In this document: piece by piece, positions 1 to 14,375 of the stretch
How the letters are laid out: every line of letters starts with the position of its first letter
How positions within the stretch are numbered: position 1 is the stretch's first letter
NCBI GenBank assembly: GCA_040954595.2
Contig: CM082582.2
Coordinates: forward strand, 2,526,303-2,590,302
From: Balanoglossus misakiensis
Taxonomy: Eukaryota; Animalia; Hemichordata
Direction of reading: 5' to 3'
Length of the DNA stretch: 64,000 nucleotides
Notes under the pieces: model-generated
What the model saw: the letters and a program-made list of their open reading frames with translations, nothing else
The model's database searches: none
What the model was told of the DNA's origin: nothing
Translations under genes and position numbers: made by a program

Positions 1-907
1 TCCGTCACACTATGCGGAAGTGCGTTCTCAACAAGCAGGTCAAATTTGGCTGGCCTACGTCGCCTGTGAAAAAAGCCTTAGGGATTTTTGTGAACGGTAC
101 AAAATCTCTGTGTACAAAACATTGGATTTTTAGCGTTCGATCCAGTTACTGTGGTTACAGGACGCGCACGCTATCGCTGACCGCTGCTTTGCCGTATTAG
201 CGTGGCGGCCTATGGCCGGGCGGTAGCTGCCGTAAACATACTCAGACAGGGGGTGTGCACACAATCGTGCGTATTTTTAACTAGTTACAAGCCCCTTGTC
301 GGACGTTCATAACGGTTTCGATCAAAATTGAGTGTAGTGTCCTATAAAGGCCCATAGCAACGAGCAAAAAGATCCCAGGGACCCATCTTAATTGTACATT
401 TTTGGTTTCTCCTTAAATTAAATATGGCGTTTACTGTAATTTGAATCATGGGAAAAAAAGCGCCAGGACCAACTTCCGCCCACCATGGTGTGGGTGATAA
501 CATTCTCCGATTGGTGTCACTGGGCGACAGACTAGGCGTATTTTCATAGCTATTGTTTGTTCTTTGCATCAGTTGATAAACAATCATCAGCAAAGTCGAA
601 AATTTGTCATCTATTGACAGTTTTCATGAGCTATAACCCATGAAAAATATGCAAATACGCTTAGCTTGTGATGCAGTGATACCAATCGGAAAATGGTATC
701 ACCCACACCAAGGTGGGCGGAAGTTGGTCCTGGCGCTTTTTTTCCCATGATTCAAATTACAGTAAACGCCATATTGGAAATTCTGCCAACTTTCCCTAGA
801 TTTTGTAAAAAATCGCGCGACCTATACATGGCGAATATGTTTTTTTCTGAAAGAGTGACATCAAAGCTACCAAATTATGTAGAAATCAGCTACGCCTGAT
901 TTCTCCT
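1..907. mobile_element. Probable right end of a Kolobok-like non-autonomous DNA transposon
   Basis: Ends ...GATTTCTCCT|TTAA (908-911), i.e. TTAA-AGGAGAAA on the minus strand, a Kolobok-type terminus; internal palindrome; the other end is not in the window. Confidence 0.4.
421..775. repeat. Long imperfect inverted repeat (arms of ~100 bp) inside a DNA-transposon end
   Basis: 421-522 (AATATGGCGTTTACTGTAATTTGAATCATGGGAAAAAAAGCGCCAGGACC...) is the near reverse complement of 674-775; it explains the two near-identical short ORFs on opposite strands. Confidence 0.85.
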
Positions 908-1589
908 TTAATAGGATAACATGGTGAAAGCAGGCGATCTGATGTCAGATGAAGCAAATTTTTCATGGTATTTTGGAGTTACTGAATGAAGCTAGACTTT
1001 GAGGATTATTTTTCAGATTTTAGGTTTGCATTTAAAAACAAAACACTTTGTTCTTTGTCCATGTAATGTCTTTAATCATTTTATATGTTTTAAATAAAAT
1101 TACCTTTTAAGTGAATTTTATTATGTGAGCAGTTTTTTGTTGATGCACGATGGGAGGAAGTGTATCGGCTTGAAATATGCATTTACCGATTTGTTGCTAT
1201 TGATCTGCTTTGAAATGCAGTTGCATCTCAAAGCAGATTAATAGTAACAAATTTACAGCAAAGGTGAATAAGAAGGAAAGGTCAAATCCTGACAATGAAG
1301 GATGACCCCAGAATTGTGACCTTTGGGGTAATTTAAATATGACCCCAAAATTATTTTGCAAATATTTGCCAACAATGATGACATAATGTATGGTAATTTC
1401 TGGAAGGGTCTGAGTTAAATATACGTAAAAATACCAGGAATGTGAACTCAACTATGCAAATGTAAATGTCTGTGATGATGATGTAATGGATGCTAATAAC
1501 ACAGTCATGCAAATAGCAAGGAAGATATGCACTGAGAATGTGTACAAATACGTTGGAATGTTTATAGTGTGCACTTGATCTGCATTGGT

Positions 1590-1801
1590 CTGCGTTGTGC
1601 ACACCCGTGATCTTCATAGATATACGTGCACGTATACTAACACATTGGTATGTTCCATATACGTGAATATACGTCACATATACGTGGTGCAGATTGTAGA
1701 TGTACAACTGTGCAGACTATTGTATACTTGCGCATATTCCTAATCTACGTGTCCATATACGTGAAAATACTGAATGTATATCAACCTTTTTGCCCTGTGG
1801 G
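1590..1801. mobile_element. Fragment of a non-autonomous DNA transposon with TATACGTG subterminal repeats
   Basis: Repeated ATATACGTG motifs, ending TTTTTGCCCTGTGGG. Confidence 0.35.
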
Positions 1802-2912
1802 GGGTATTCCGAATGTGCCCTTCCTATGATAGCTGCAAAAATTGTAGCCTAGATGGGCTGGTTGATCAAGCCCGTCAGCGATCAACCAGCCCACCAAAGC
1901 TACAATTATTGGACCTATTCTTATGATAGCTGGATCCATAGGGTAAACTGTACAAAACAAATCATTGTCAGTATAAAATGTGGTAACTTTTGGCTTTTGT
2001 TTCTTCTCATTGAATTTCGACATCGCAAAGAAATTTTATATGTCAGTCAATACTTATAACATTGAAATATGCATGAAGTTGCACAGTTCATATAAATATT
2101 ACACCACTGGCTACTAAGCTATATCATGCCACTTTTATGACCCCTTTTGACCTCCTGATCCTGGAATTTTGTTGGTGTGAGTATACAATTTCGAGTTTAC
2201 CAACCACGCTATTAAATCAATGCATTTTTTCTCATCCTTGAACAAAACTGTTAAACATTGCCTGTGTTAGAAAGATTAGCTGTTGTATTTAACATTGAAT
2301 GATGAATGATGTCAAACCAACAAATCACCAGGATGTAAGGTCACACAGGGGTCATGAAAGAGGCCTGTAAGATACTCTTGTTCTCTGCCCACTTTCTAAC
2401 CCTGCTGTCACTACCAGCAGCAGGAATGGGACAGGGGTCCAGGCTATATCTATAGGACTGTTTGCTAACATTAAGTGTGTTTACTTGAGTAAGTTGGGTA
2501 CTATGATAGGAATTGTCACCATTACTGTAGGGGGAGACATGAGTCTACCTGGTTGATTTATATTTTACATGTTGTGCTTAGATTAATAGAAATAATTGAT
2601 GCATGGTTACTTAGGAACACTTCCATAACTAGTCTGCATTTTACCTCTGCCAAATAGTAAAGAAAAAAAAATCAGAGAATAGGCAGAGTAGAAACTAAGC
2701 TGCACTCCCCTAACAATAAAATGGTTTACCCGTAAGTCTAATGTGATGCATCGTGTCATTCAATTTGTGTCAATAAAATGGCAACCACTTCAGTGTTCAG
2801 TGCAAACAGTGTGTGACATACCTTTCCACCTGACCAAATCTATTAGAAACACATTTTTTGAAAAGAATTTGTTTTAAAGGGGCAGCTGCTATGACATTTG
2901 GGATATTAACTA

Positions 2913-3063
2913 CAGTAAAACCTGTCTGAACAGAACACTGAAGGCACTGAAGAAATTGTAAAGGTTCTTTTAATATGTGATTCTATGTCGAAGGGACTGA
3001 AACGGTGTTCAGTATAGACAGGTTTCAAGATTAGACAGGGTTTGGTTTTGACAGGTTTTACTG
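2913..3063. mobile_element. Tc1/pogo-type MITE
   Basis: TA|CAGTAAAACCTGTC ... GACAGGTTTTACTG, 14-bp TIRs; right TA degenerate. Confidence 0.75.
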
Positions 3064-6000
3064 AAGGTTGAAAATTAATTCTATGTAGCCACTGAAGTTT
3101 CTTGTGCTACTCCCAACAATATGTTGGAACCCACAATTTATGTATAAAATACCTTCCACTAAATATTCAAATGTCACCAAAAACATTTGACTCTAAATAA
3201 ATAAATAAATAAATATATTCAATAAACACATATTTTGAAGACAAGTTGCATATTTGCTTGTAAAAGTAGTAAAATCTGTGATAGCATTACACACCCACAG
3301 GCAATGTTGACAAGTGAAGTAAGGGTATATTAGCATGCTGTTTGGAGTTGTTTTTGTTGTTGTTGTTGTTCCTTCATTCCTCCTCGAAATGAGAAGAGTT
3401 ACATCAACACATTAAATTACAGAGGTACTACTATACTAAATTATATAAGACGGCTTCCGACAAGAAGCATTTCACGGTACTAAATTCAGTTCGCAAGGCA
3501 TATTTGTACAAGGTCCAGCACATTTTCTTGAAGAGTTGCTTGTTCACCAGACTCCTAGTAGTCAACCATGTAAATTCTATCTCCTAAAATATTAGCAATG
3601 AAGGCAAGATCATTTGAGTTGTAAAGTGTTGTAGAAACAGTAATGCTCATTTTGTCGAAAAGACAGTTCCAAAAAGAGTCCCTTGCTGTTGTTGTATGAC
3701 ATTATGACATATTAAGATAGACCAATCTAAGTTGTAAAATAAAATCATGAAAATAATGCAAAAGTGGCATCTCTTGAGATTTTATGCAAGGGCAATTGAC
3801 ACATGACCCACCACACACGTACTGATAAGAAAGGGAGTATATAAGAACCACGTTGGCAAACATTTTAAGGCAAATATTGACCAGCTGTCATAAAACCGTC
3901 AGATATTTTATTGCTCTTATAGAGAATGGCCTTCACCTGTATCTGATTACATGTTGGAGTCAGTGAGACTCCATGTGTACCAGCCTCCAGTGTGTAATTG
4001 TTATCAGCACCGCTCAAGTTAATTCATACTTATTGTATTAAAACTTAAACGTTTACTATTGTTCCTATTAGCCAACATCGATTGAATTGTTATTAATATC
4101 AGCGTGTTCACACTCACTCATGTACTAAGTAAAGAAGTGTAAATGACATCCCTGTCCACACAAGACCACTATAAAAGTCATAAGTTTGACCTTCCATTAA
4201 TTAGGTTTCTGTGACTATTCCCTAGGTATTGTTGTTTTTGATATTCTGATGGTTTAGTTTGAAGTTTATTGACATGCTGTCTGTTCAGCTTGATATGTAC
4301 AGGTACATATCAGAAGCAATTTACTATGAGTCTAAAAGATTAAATACTGTTTGTTATATTGGCTTTACGGGTATAGACTTTGACAGAAACCACTCAACAC
4401 ACTTAATTTATAGCTCAGAATGTTTGTTTAGTCGCTAGCAAATAAATAACACTCCACCACAATCAAGTAACAAACAAGCAAACACTTTTCTACCAGATCG
4501 CGTTAAAGTCAGGAATTATCATGAGCTACAGTTTATACAGCTTTTTGGCAAATATTGTCGCAACCATGGTCCTTTTAGAGCGATAGTTTCTGAATTGCCA
4601 TAAGAGGCTGTGGTATATTTGCATGTTTTAATTATTAATCAGGCAATTCAAGCTTCCGGGACACAGTACCATTCAGCACATGCGTCTCATAAATGTATGG
4701 ACATGTAAATTTTAAGTGTTACTTTGCCATGCCGATTGGCATAATTTTTTCTACTGCAGATCGCTGCCCTGCGTGAGTGTTGGGTGATTGATGGTGATTC
4801 CCTCCGCCGTTTCGGCTTTTCGTGTAAATCACAGTCGAGGAGTTTACGTGTATTTAATGCATGTTCGCGTGTCCGCTTATTATCCAGAGACTTCAGTGGA
4901 GTCGCCTAGGTGTGACTGTCATAAGGATACCGCTCGAACAAGTATACAGTAAATCATGACATGTTGAGTAGATATTGTATTTCAAGAGATATATTTTAGA
5001 AAATTGGGCCAATGTAGCCTCTACAGGCAGAATTGTGTGTATATTGGAGAGAAAAAAATCATTCAGACTATATTACAGTTCTGTATTCAAACCCATGTCC
5101 ACGATCCTATACATGCAGTGATAGGACAGGCATACATTTCAGGCTCTGTCACGTCACTGTGTCTACAGCACTTTATATAGCTATGTCAACCCAGCTGTCA
5201 CATATATTGTGAATGGCTAACGCCATAACGGCATCATCCCTGTATTCTGACTATTCGTAATGGTAATAAAATAGTAAAAGTACTGAAATGACTGGTACGC
5301 CATACAGCATTACAATCAACAAAAAGTAAAAAAATAAATAAAAAAGTAAACAAAAAAAACAGGAAAACATTTTAAAATACCAATAAAATTATGAAACTAC
5401 TAGAAGGGGTAACGGCTGAGAAAGCGGGTAGAAAGACTTGCAAATTAGACTTAGGTGGCGCAGCTTCACCAGCAAACGTCTTCACCCAAGCGCCATTGGA
5501 ATGCTAATCTCAACAACAGATTTTACCTCATTTCAAGCATCAGAATGAAAAAAAATAGCGTCAAGGACACTGTGGTCCCATTTGAGGATTATGCGGAAAC
5601 AGTGACACACCAGATAAAAATTACAGGTGACATTGCTATCAGATATGATCTTACCATATAGAAATATGGAATGTAAAAAAATTATTAAGGAACATGCCCA
5701 ATAAACTGTCATGTGTCATGGCAGTCTTACAACTGATGCTAGAAAAAAAATTGACCAAAAATTGTCTGTACAAACACAAATGAGAAGAAACTTCTTTCAG
5801 TCAGCCCTGGAACAGACACATGTGTTATGAAATTATATCCTAAATTTCAAAGCAATCAGAGAAAAAACTAATTTCAAAGCAATCCAACAAGCAGTTTCAC
5901 AGAAAATATTTGTTCAAAAGTGGCAAAACACAAATATGCAAATATCACCAAAATTTTGCAAATCTTACTTCAATCACTACAAGGAACATGCTGCCAAAGT

Positions 6001-6270
6001 TCAATGCAATATGACAAGCAGTTTCAGAAAAAAAAATTGACAAAAATTGCAAAAGTTTCCCCGATAACACATTTATGCAGATATCAATTTTTTTTACAGC
6101 ATATTACTTAGGTTACCCCTACGAACATGCCTACCAAATTGCAAAGCCATCTGGCATGCGGTTTTAAGGAAAAAAAAAATTGACCAAATATGGCAAATAT
6201 TGCTCAAAATAATAAATATGCAAATTTTGCAACAATTTGAACGAAACTATGGTTACTCAGACAACCATTA

Positions 6271-9148
6271 GATAGATAGATAGATAGATAGTTTTATTTC
6301 ACCAGAAAGATGCATTTTACATAACTGGTGCGGACCAGGGAAGTAGTTCTAGTGGAACTAGTCGTGTCCCTGGCCCTAAATACATACAAATCATTGAAAC
6401 AATTAATATAATTGCCAATTCATATCACAAAACAATAGTTGGTAGTCAAACAACGCAGTGACAAAGTAAACAGGTTTATAAAAGAGGTTAAATTAATCTA
6501 TGCTCAACAGATACATTTTCAGAGAGCTTTTAAATAAGTTCCTTGATTGAATTGATTTTATTTGTGTAGGAATTTCATTCCAATGCTTGGCAATAGAATA
6601 GTATAAATTATTTTGAGATGAAGTAAGTTTTACTTTGGGAAGCGTAAACTTATCAGTAGAGGCAAATCTTGTAAAATATTTGTGTGATACAAATGAAGCA
6701 TAGCGATCTAGTGAGTGGGCGTAATGCCCTGCCTTTAGATCATACGCAAAAACACAAGTTTGAAATTTACAGAGTTTGTAAACATTAAGAATTCCAAGTT
6801 GCTGAAAAAGTGGTGCGCTATGTGTATTGGGGCTAGAAAATGTTATAAGTCTTACAAGTCTCTTTTGCAATTTGAAAATACAATCTAAATAGGTTTTATA
6901 CGCATTTCCCTATATTTCGATACAATACATTATATGGGGAAGGATAAGACAATTGTATAATAATAAAATTATAGACTTAGGGAGATCATGGCGTACATAT
7001 GAAATAATACCGATTTTTTGGCTAACCTTCTTAAAGATAATGTTGATGTGAGACTTCCAGGATAATGATGAGTCAAGAGTAACTCCAAGATAAATAGCAG
7101 AAGAAACTTTATGTAATGGTAAATCAGAGACATATAAATCTCCCTCAGGCTTAAACTTCGCCTGGGCTGTTTTGAAAATAACATAGTTTGTTTTGTCAAT
7201 ATTAATAGTAAGTTTATTTGACTTACACCAGGTCTGTACTTTAGTTAGCTCAACATTCAGAGTGGCAATATCAATTTTGTCCTGCTTATCTGAACAAAAT
7301 AAATTGGTATCGTCAGCAAATAACCTGAATTGAAAATAGTCTGAGGAACTGCAGATATCATTTATATATACTAAAAAAAGAAGTGGACCTAGAATTGATC
7401 CCTGTGGAATCCCACAGGAGATCCTTTTCGCTTTTGAAGTGCAATTATTGACCTTGACATACTGCTGTCGGTCTTCTATATAAGTCTTAAACCAATTAAG
7501 TGTGGATCCCCTAATCCCATAGTGGCATAGCTTAGCTAACAAAATTGTGTGGTTAATCGTATCAAATGCCTTTTTAAAATCAATAAAGATACCAATGGTA
7601 AATATAGCTGCAAGCAGCGATGACGGGCCCAAGCTTAAGCCGAAGGTCAAAGGTCATAAGCGGTCACCCGAAATTTTGGCAAGAAATTTTGACCCCATAC
7701 TGGTCCGTGTCCCACAAGAACAAAATCTCTAGCCCTATTGGTTCGCCTACAATTAGGTATGCGCATAATTAATGAGATAAAGTGTAAGGCTCCATCAGGA
7801 GTTCCATCCCTCCAAATGCCAAGGCTGTATCTGCTGTGGATGCCGAGATATGGTAAATTAGGTCAAAGGTCACCTGAGGTCACCCAAAATTTGGGCAAAA
7901 AATTTTGACCCCATACTGGTCCATGTTCAGCATAAATCAAACCTCTAGCCCTATTGGTTAGCCTGGAATTAGGTATGCACATAATTAATGAGATAAGCAG
8001 GTGTCACAGGTGACCCCAATTTTGGCTTTTCAATTTTAGTCCCAACCCTCCAAACGCCAAGTCTGTACCTGCTCTGGATGCGGAAATATAGGAAAGTAGG
8101 TCAAAGGTCACCTGAGGTCATCCAAAATTTAGGCAATTTTTTTTAACCCCATACTGGTCCATGTCCCACAAGCACGAAACCTCTAACCCTACTGGTTAGC
8201 CTGTAATTAGGTATGCACATAATTAATGAGATATGCAGGTGTCACAGGTGACCCCCATTTTGGCTTTTCAACTTTAGTCCCAACCCTCCAAACGCCAAGT
8301 CTGTACCTGCTGTGGATGCCGAGATATAGGAAAGTAGGTCAAAGGTCACCTGAGGTCACCCAAAATTTGGGCAAGAAATTTTGACCCTATACTGGTCCAT
8401 GTCTCACAAGAACGAAACCTCTAGCCCTCTTAGTTAGCCCAGAATTAGGTATGCACATAATTAATGAGTTAAGCAGGTGTTACAGGTGAGACTAAACTTG
8501 TGCCTTTTATTTTGGTGCTATTGTGCTCACTGACCAATAGACAGTCACTGTACAGGACTATTGCACAGACCTGAATTCCACAATAAGACATAGACATAGC
8601 TTAACCATAGAGGTATAATTAAAGGTATAAATTTAATAAAAAAATTAATATAAAAAAATCGGTCGATTTTTCATATTATTTTTTTTCGCTTAAAATTATT
8701 GACAAATGCTAGGCTAGCTGCACACCAAAGTTGGAGATGGTCGGCCTAACAGATTTTGAGATATGTATGCATATTGATCCAAAATACGATGTGGTCATAG
8801 CTTTACTATGTGAAGTATAGGCCGATGGCTTGGGCGAAAAAAATATGAAAAATAATACTTAAAAATCTTCTTCTCATAATTGACATGGCCTATGGCCTTG
8901 ACATTTGGCATGTAGAACCCTGGCCATATGGCCCACAAAGTATCTTAACAGAATTTTGATATCTCCATTCATATGCAAATTAGGCCAAATTGAAAATTTT
9001 GCCCATATATGGTCATCAGGTCACATGACTAATTACACATTCACAAGGGTACTGCACCAGCTCTCATAGCCCTGCACCATTGTGCCAAATGTGAGATTTG
9101 TAGGTTCAGCCGTTTTCAAGATCTAGCTGGACAAAAAAACGACACAAG

Positions 9149-9180
<32 letters not shown>

Positions 9181-9796
9181 GAAGAAAAACCCCAGTAATA
9201 ACAATAGGGCCCAAGCCTGCTGGGCTTGGGCCCTAACAAGACCGTTATCAATGTGCTTTGATATTTCAGTTGTGAGATCTGCTAAAGCTAACTTAGTACT
9301 ATATTTCTTACGAAATCCATATTGGCTGTTAGTGAGAATATCAAATTTTTCGAAAAAAGAACACAGTTGCTTATTTACAATAGACTCATACAGCTTACTA
9401 AATATTGGCAAGACAGAGATAGGTCTGTAGTTTCCTATTTCATGAACACAGCCCTTTTTAAAAATTGGTGTTACTCTTGCCATTTTCAGTTTCTCTGGAA
9501 AAATACCCTGTGACAAGGAAATATTAACAATATGAGCAAATGGTTCTGTAATATAATCAGCTGCTTCCTTTACAAGTTTTGGATATATTTCATCAAAACC
9601 AGCAGCTTTACAATGGTCTAATAAATTAATTTCTCTGAGTATATCACCAGAATGCACAGGATGGAAAAAGAAAGAATTAAAATGACGAATACCAAGGTAA
9701 TCATTGAAATTAGTGCTACAATGTATTTGTGATGCTAGATTTTGTCCAATGTTGACAAAAAAAGAATTAAAAGCGTCAGCTATATCAATATTTTAG
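6271..9796 (-). mobile_element. CR1/L2-type LINE copy A (5'-truncated, RT region, interrupted at 7601-9235)
   Basis: RT motifs DFKKAFDT, GIPQGSILGP, FADD; (GATA)n tail at 6271-6290; nearly identical to copy B; in-frame stop at ~6910. Confidence 0.93.
7601..9235 (-). mobile_element. Non-autonomous Helentron (HINE) element 2 with four ~240-bp core repeats
   Basis: Precise insertion at T|T (minus strand) without TSD relative to the intact site GGTA|ACAAG in copy B; stem-loop GGGCCCAAGC..GCTTGGGCCC, (GAA)n microsatellite, subTIR GGGCCCAAGC near 7625, hairpin GCTGCAAGCAGC; core units start ~7643, 7860, 8098, 8336. Confidence 0.85.
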
Positions 9797-10633
9797 GAAG
9801 CTTCATACTAAATTTCAAAGAAGTAAGCCCATCACTTTGAGAAATGAAGACTTTTTATTGAATAACATGGAAAAATAAAAAAAAATGCATAAAAAATAGG
9901 AAATCGATAATATTAGCTCAAAACATACAGGACTGTATGAGGTTGATATAAGGTACATGCATACCAATTTTCAAATCAATATGACCAGTGGTTGTTGAGT
10001 TACCGAGTTTTGTCACATTTTCCCAGCTAATTTGCATATTTTTGGCAATGACAACTTCATTTGAACAAACTCCCATCTACAGCCCTGCCTGCATCTACAC
10101 ACCAAATATCAAGGTCATACGCGCTGTGGTTTTCAAGTTGTTGATGTGGACGGACATACAGACATACATCCATCCATACATCCATCCATACATCCATCCA
10201 TACATACAGACGCAATCAATCCCATAAGGTCCCATGGTACATACCAATGGGACCTAAAAACGTGATAGTGTAATGAAATTTGTCAAACTTGTGGTCATTT
10301 TATTTTATCAAATTTCTGCATTTTTATCTGATTGTGGTCTTACCTTCAAATCACTTGACAAGGTAGGCGACACAATGTTGCATGCTAGGAAGGTGACGAT
10401 TTTTGACTAAGAGCAGTGTTATGTTAAGCTTATTCCTATCTCAACTTATTCCAACACAATGTTCAATGAGAAGTTTTAATTGTAACAACTGACATTTCAC
10501 ATCAAAAGCAACACTGTTCTGGAAATGACGACAACTGTTATAAGAGGTTCATTTATGTATTTATGTATTTTGGACTGGAGACTGCTGTGCAAAATTCACC
10601 TCAATGGGCCTTAATATTAAATACACCATCAAA

Positions 10634-10890
10634 CACTGTGTGAAATAGCCTGAATCCACCAAGGATTGTTGTGGATTCTTTCGTGGATTCTTACAGAATC
10701 CAGTAGAATCCTGAGATATCCATCGTGGATACTCAGAGAATCCACATATAATCCAATAGTGGATTCTGTCAAATAGGGAACACTTTCAGAATCCACAATA
10801 GAATCCTTTACAGTATTTCAGTGGATTCTCTGTAACAGTTCCCAGAGAAATCCTTTGCTTGATTTTGATAGATTCTGCATGAGAGTAATA
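10634..10890 (+). mobile_element. Degenerate DNA-transposon end with GAATCC/GGATTC subterminal repeats (related end, inverted, at ~22960-23247)
   Basis: CACTGTGTGAAAT terminus followed by many GAATCC/GGATTC motifs; ATTTCACACAGTG with the same motifs at ~23235-23247. Confidence 0.45.
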
Positions 10891-11456
10891 ATCGTGGGGT
10901 TACGCCCATTCCCTCAAAATTTCCCATGTGACCTTGCAGCTAGAAAATGGCATTAAATATCACCGATATTTGCTGCCTTTAGTTTCAGAAAGAAAGCCAC
11001 TATAATAATTGAGATATACGATCGGAATTTTGTTCAAGCGTGCTCTAGTCATGCTCTTTTGCATTGGACACGGAATGTGTAAATTCAGAACTTTTATTCC
11101 ATTTACTGTTTTATTTCGATTAGGAGTACAATGGGACCTATTTGGGATGTAGTAATTTTAATTCATGTTTTATCTTTTTTATTAAGAAATGTATATGTTT
11201 GTGTTTGCAATTATGTTCGTGTTACACTAGGTTCCTTGATTCATAATGTATTCCGGGCCGGGGCCATTGTTTCTGAGTTGTAATTGTGGTCATGGCAAAC
11301 GCCCGTCTGCTTTTGAACTTTCACAGTTGAATGCTTCAATAATAAATTCCTGACTTTGGATGAACTTCTGTGCTTGAGTTTGTACTCCTTCCAGATGACT
11401 CATTCCCGTGGGGAAACAAATAAACATACATAATGATTACCTTTTGTTATTATGCA

Positions 11457-11550
11457 ATGCTTTAGCACCTCCAACTGGTCATGCCTTTTAGCACCTCCAA
11501 CTGGACATGCCTTTAGCACCTTCAACTGGACATGCCTTTTACACCTGGAA
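11457..11550. repeat. Minisatellite, ~25 bp x 3.5
   Basis: Repeats of ATGCCTTTAGCACCTCCAACTGGAC. Confidence 0.85.
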
Positions 11551-12130
11551 CTACATTTATGTGGAATTGACTTTTGTTCTGATGGAGGTCTCATGTTCCA
11601 TGGCTCTAGTCACTTCATGCATTTCAATACATTTTTGACAGGCGGATACAACTGGTCGAGAATTCTATGATCACAGTATTACATTGGTAAAGTAAATCTG
11701 ATAAGTTCTAGAGAACAGAAAATTCCTCAAAGTTGTTTTGTTTTTCTGATGAGACGGTTGTTTTACCACACAAGCATTCAACCAGTTGAGGCTAGAGCAT
11801 ACTTTAGCAGGAAAAAATGTTACATATATTACCTTGTTATAACTCCTGGCAAGCATTGGATAATTGAACGGCTGTCCTGAGCTGGTGAGACTTGATGCGT
11901 TGTGCCACAGATGATGATGATGATAGATAGTTTATTTCACCAGAAAGATGCATTTTACATAACTGGTGCGGACCAGGGAAGTAGTTCTAGTGGAACTAGT
12001 CGTGTCCCTGGCCCTAAATACATACAAATCATTGTAACAATTAATATAATTGCCAATTCATATCACAAAACAATAGTTGGTAGTCAAACAACGCGGTGAC
12101 AAAGTAAACAGGTTTATAAAAGAGGTTAAA

Positions 12131-14375
12131 TTAATCTATGCTCAACAGATACATTTTCAGAGAGCTTTTAAATAAATTCCTTGATTGAATTGATTTTATT
12201 TGTGTAGGAATTTCATTCCAATGCTTGGCAATAGAATAGTATAAATTATTTTGAGATGAAGTAAGTTTTACTTTGGGAAGCGTAAACTTATCAGTAGAGG
12301 CAAATCTTGTAAAATATTTGTGTGATACAAATGAAGCATAGCGATCTAGTGAGTGGGCGTAATGCCCTGCCTTTAGATCATACGCAAAAACACAAGTTTG
12401 AAATTTACAGAGTTTGTAAACATTAAGAATTCCAAGTTGCTGAAAAAGTGGTGCACTATGTGTATTGGGGCTAGAAAATGTTATAAGTCTTAAAAGTCTC
12501 TTTTGCAATTTGAAAATACAATCTAAATAGGTTTTATACGCATTTCCCCATATTTCGCTACAATACATTATATGGGGAAGGATAAGACAATTGTATAATA
12601 ATAAAATTATAGACTTAGGGAGATTATGGCGTACATATGAAATAATACCGATTTTTTGGCTAACCTTCTTAAAAATAATGTTGATGTGAGACTTCCAGGA
12701 TAATGATGAGTCAAGAGTAACTCCAAGATAAACAGCAGATGAAACATTATGTATTGGTAAATCAGAGACATATAAATCCCCCTCAGGCTTAAACTTCGCC
12801 TGGGCTGTTTTGAAAATAACATAGTTTGTTTTGTCAATATTAATAGTAAGTTTATTTGACTTACACCAGGTCTGTACTTTAGTTAGCTCAACATTCAGAG
12901 TGGCAAGATCGATTTTGTCCTGCTTATCTGAACAAAATAAATTGGAATCGTCAGCAAATAACCTGAATTGAAAATAGTCTGAGGAACTGCAGATATCATT
13001 TATATATACTAAAAAAAGAAGTGGACCTAGAATTGATCCCTGTGGAATCCCACAGGAGATCCTTTTCGCTTTTGAAGTACAATTATTGACCTTGACATAC
13101 TGCTGCCGGTCTTCTATATAAGTCTTAAACCAATTAAGTGTGGATCCCCTAATCCCATAGTGGCATAGCTTAGCTAACAAAATTGTGTGGTTAATCGTAT
13201 CAAATGCCTTTTTAAAATCAATAAAGATACCAAAGGTAACAAGACCGTTATCAATGTGCTTTGATATTTCAGTTGTGAGATCTGCTAAAGCTAACTTAGT
13301 ACTATATTTCTTACGAAATCCATATTGGCTGTTAGTGAGAATATCAAATTTTTCGAAAAAAGAACACAGTTGCTTATTTACAATAGACTCATACAGCTTA
13401 CTAAAGATTGGCAAGACAGAGATAGGTCTGTAATTTCCTATTTCATGAACACAACCCTTTTTAAAAATTGGTGTTACTCTTGCCATTTTCAGTTTCTCTG
13501 GAAAAAATACCCTGTGGCAAGGAAATATTAACAATATGAGCAAATGGTTCTGTAATATAATCAGCTGCTTCCTTTACAAGTTTTGGATATATTTCATCAA
13601 AACCAGCAGCTTTACAATGGTCTAATAAATTAATTTCTCTGAGTATATCACCAGAATGCACAGGATGGAAAAAGAACGAATTAAAATGACGAATACCAAG
13701 GTAATCATTGAAATTAGTGCTACAATGTATTTGTGATGCTAGATTTTGTCCAATGTTGACAAAAAAAGAATTAAAAGCGTCAGCTATATCAATATTTTTA
13801 GTAACAAAATTCCCAGGGTTTTTGTCATCTTTTATTTTTTGTGGAGCATTAACCTTTGAATTTTTGTTCAGGATTTCATTGATGACTTGCCATTTGTTGT
13901 GGTCCTTCCCAGAGGCTACAGACAGTTGCAATTTATCACGAAAATACTTCTTTTTTGCTCGTCGCATCAGCTTTGTTAACAGGTTGCGATAAAGTTTGTA
14001 CTCTTGATGAATAGATGAGCTTGCAGAATGGCGTTTTGTTTTGGAGAACATCTTATGCTTGTTTTTAATTGAGACCAGAAGTCCTTTTGTGATCCATGGT
14101 TTCCGTAAGCGCTTACGCTGGTTTGAACACCGTTTGACTGGCACATGTCTTGTTGCCATATCATGAAACAATTTGTAAAAGGTATTATAGGCAACATTCG
14201 GATCATTAGAGTCGTAAACATCCTGCCAAGAAATATTTGCAAAGTCATTTTTATAAGAAACTAGATCAAATGAAGAAAAATCACACTTGAAATCAGTTGT
14301 TTCAACATTGAATACATGGCGTAAATCCTTAAAGATGGCAAAGATGGGATAATGGTCACTTATATCAGTCTGTAT
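12131..14375 (-). pseudogene. LINE ORF2 3' part (end of endonuclease SDHYPIF + reverse transcriptase), +1 frameshift at ~13505
   Basis: Two overlapping ORFs; the A-run has 6 A here versus 5 A in copies A and C. Confidence 0.9.

Larger units (their letters stand above)
5551..10258 (-). mobile_element. Non-autonomous Helentron (HINE/DINE-1/pearl-like) element 1, split by LINE copy A
   Basis: Terminal stem-loop AGGTCCCAT..ATGGGACCT (10227-10255), adjacent (CATC/CATA)n microsatellite, subTIR GGTCCCATT (5574-5582), short hairpin GCGTC-AAG-GACAC, ends in A/T runs; core sequence continues across the LINE (ACCATTA|GGAAGC). Confidence 0.7.

Noticed and set aside
7598-9236. TAA as a 3-bp TSD (PIF/Harbinger MITE)
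   Set aside because: No true terminal inverted repeats; subTIR, hairpin and microsatellite architecture with T|T insertion fits a HINE better
10893-11418. Possible solo LTR
   Set aside because: Has AATAAA and ends in ACA, but no TG start or matching TSD
13500-13510. Programmed frameshift in LINE ORF2
   Set aside because: Copies A and C have one fewer A; a private mutation or homopolymer error
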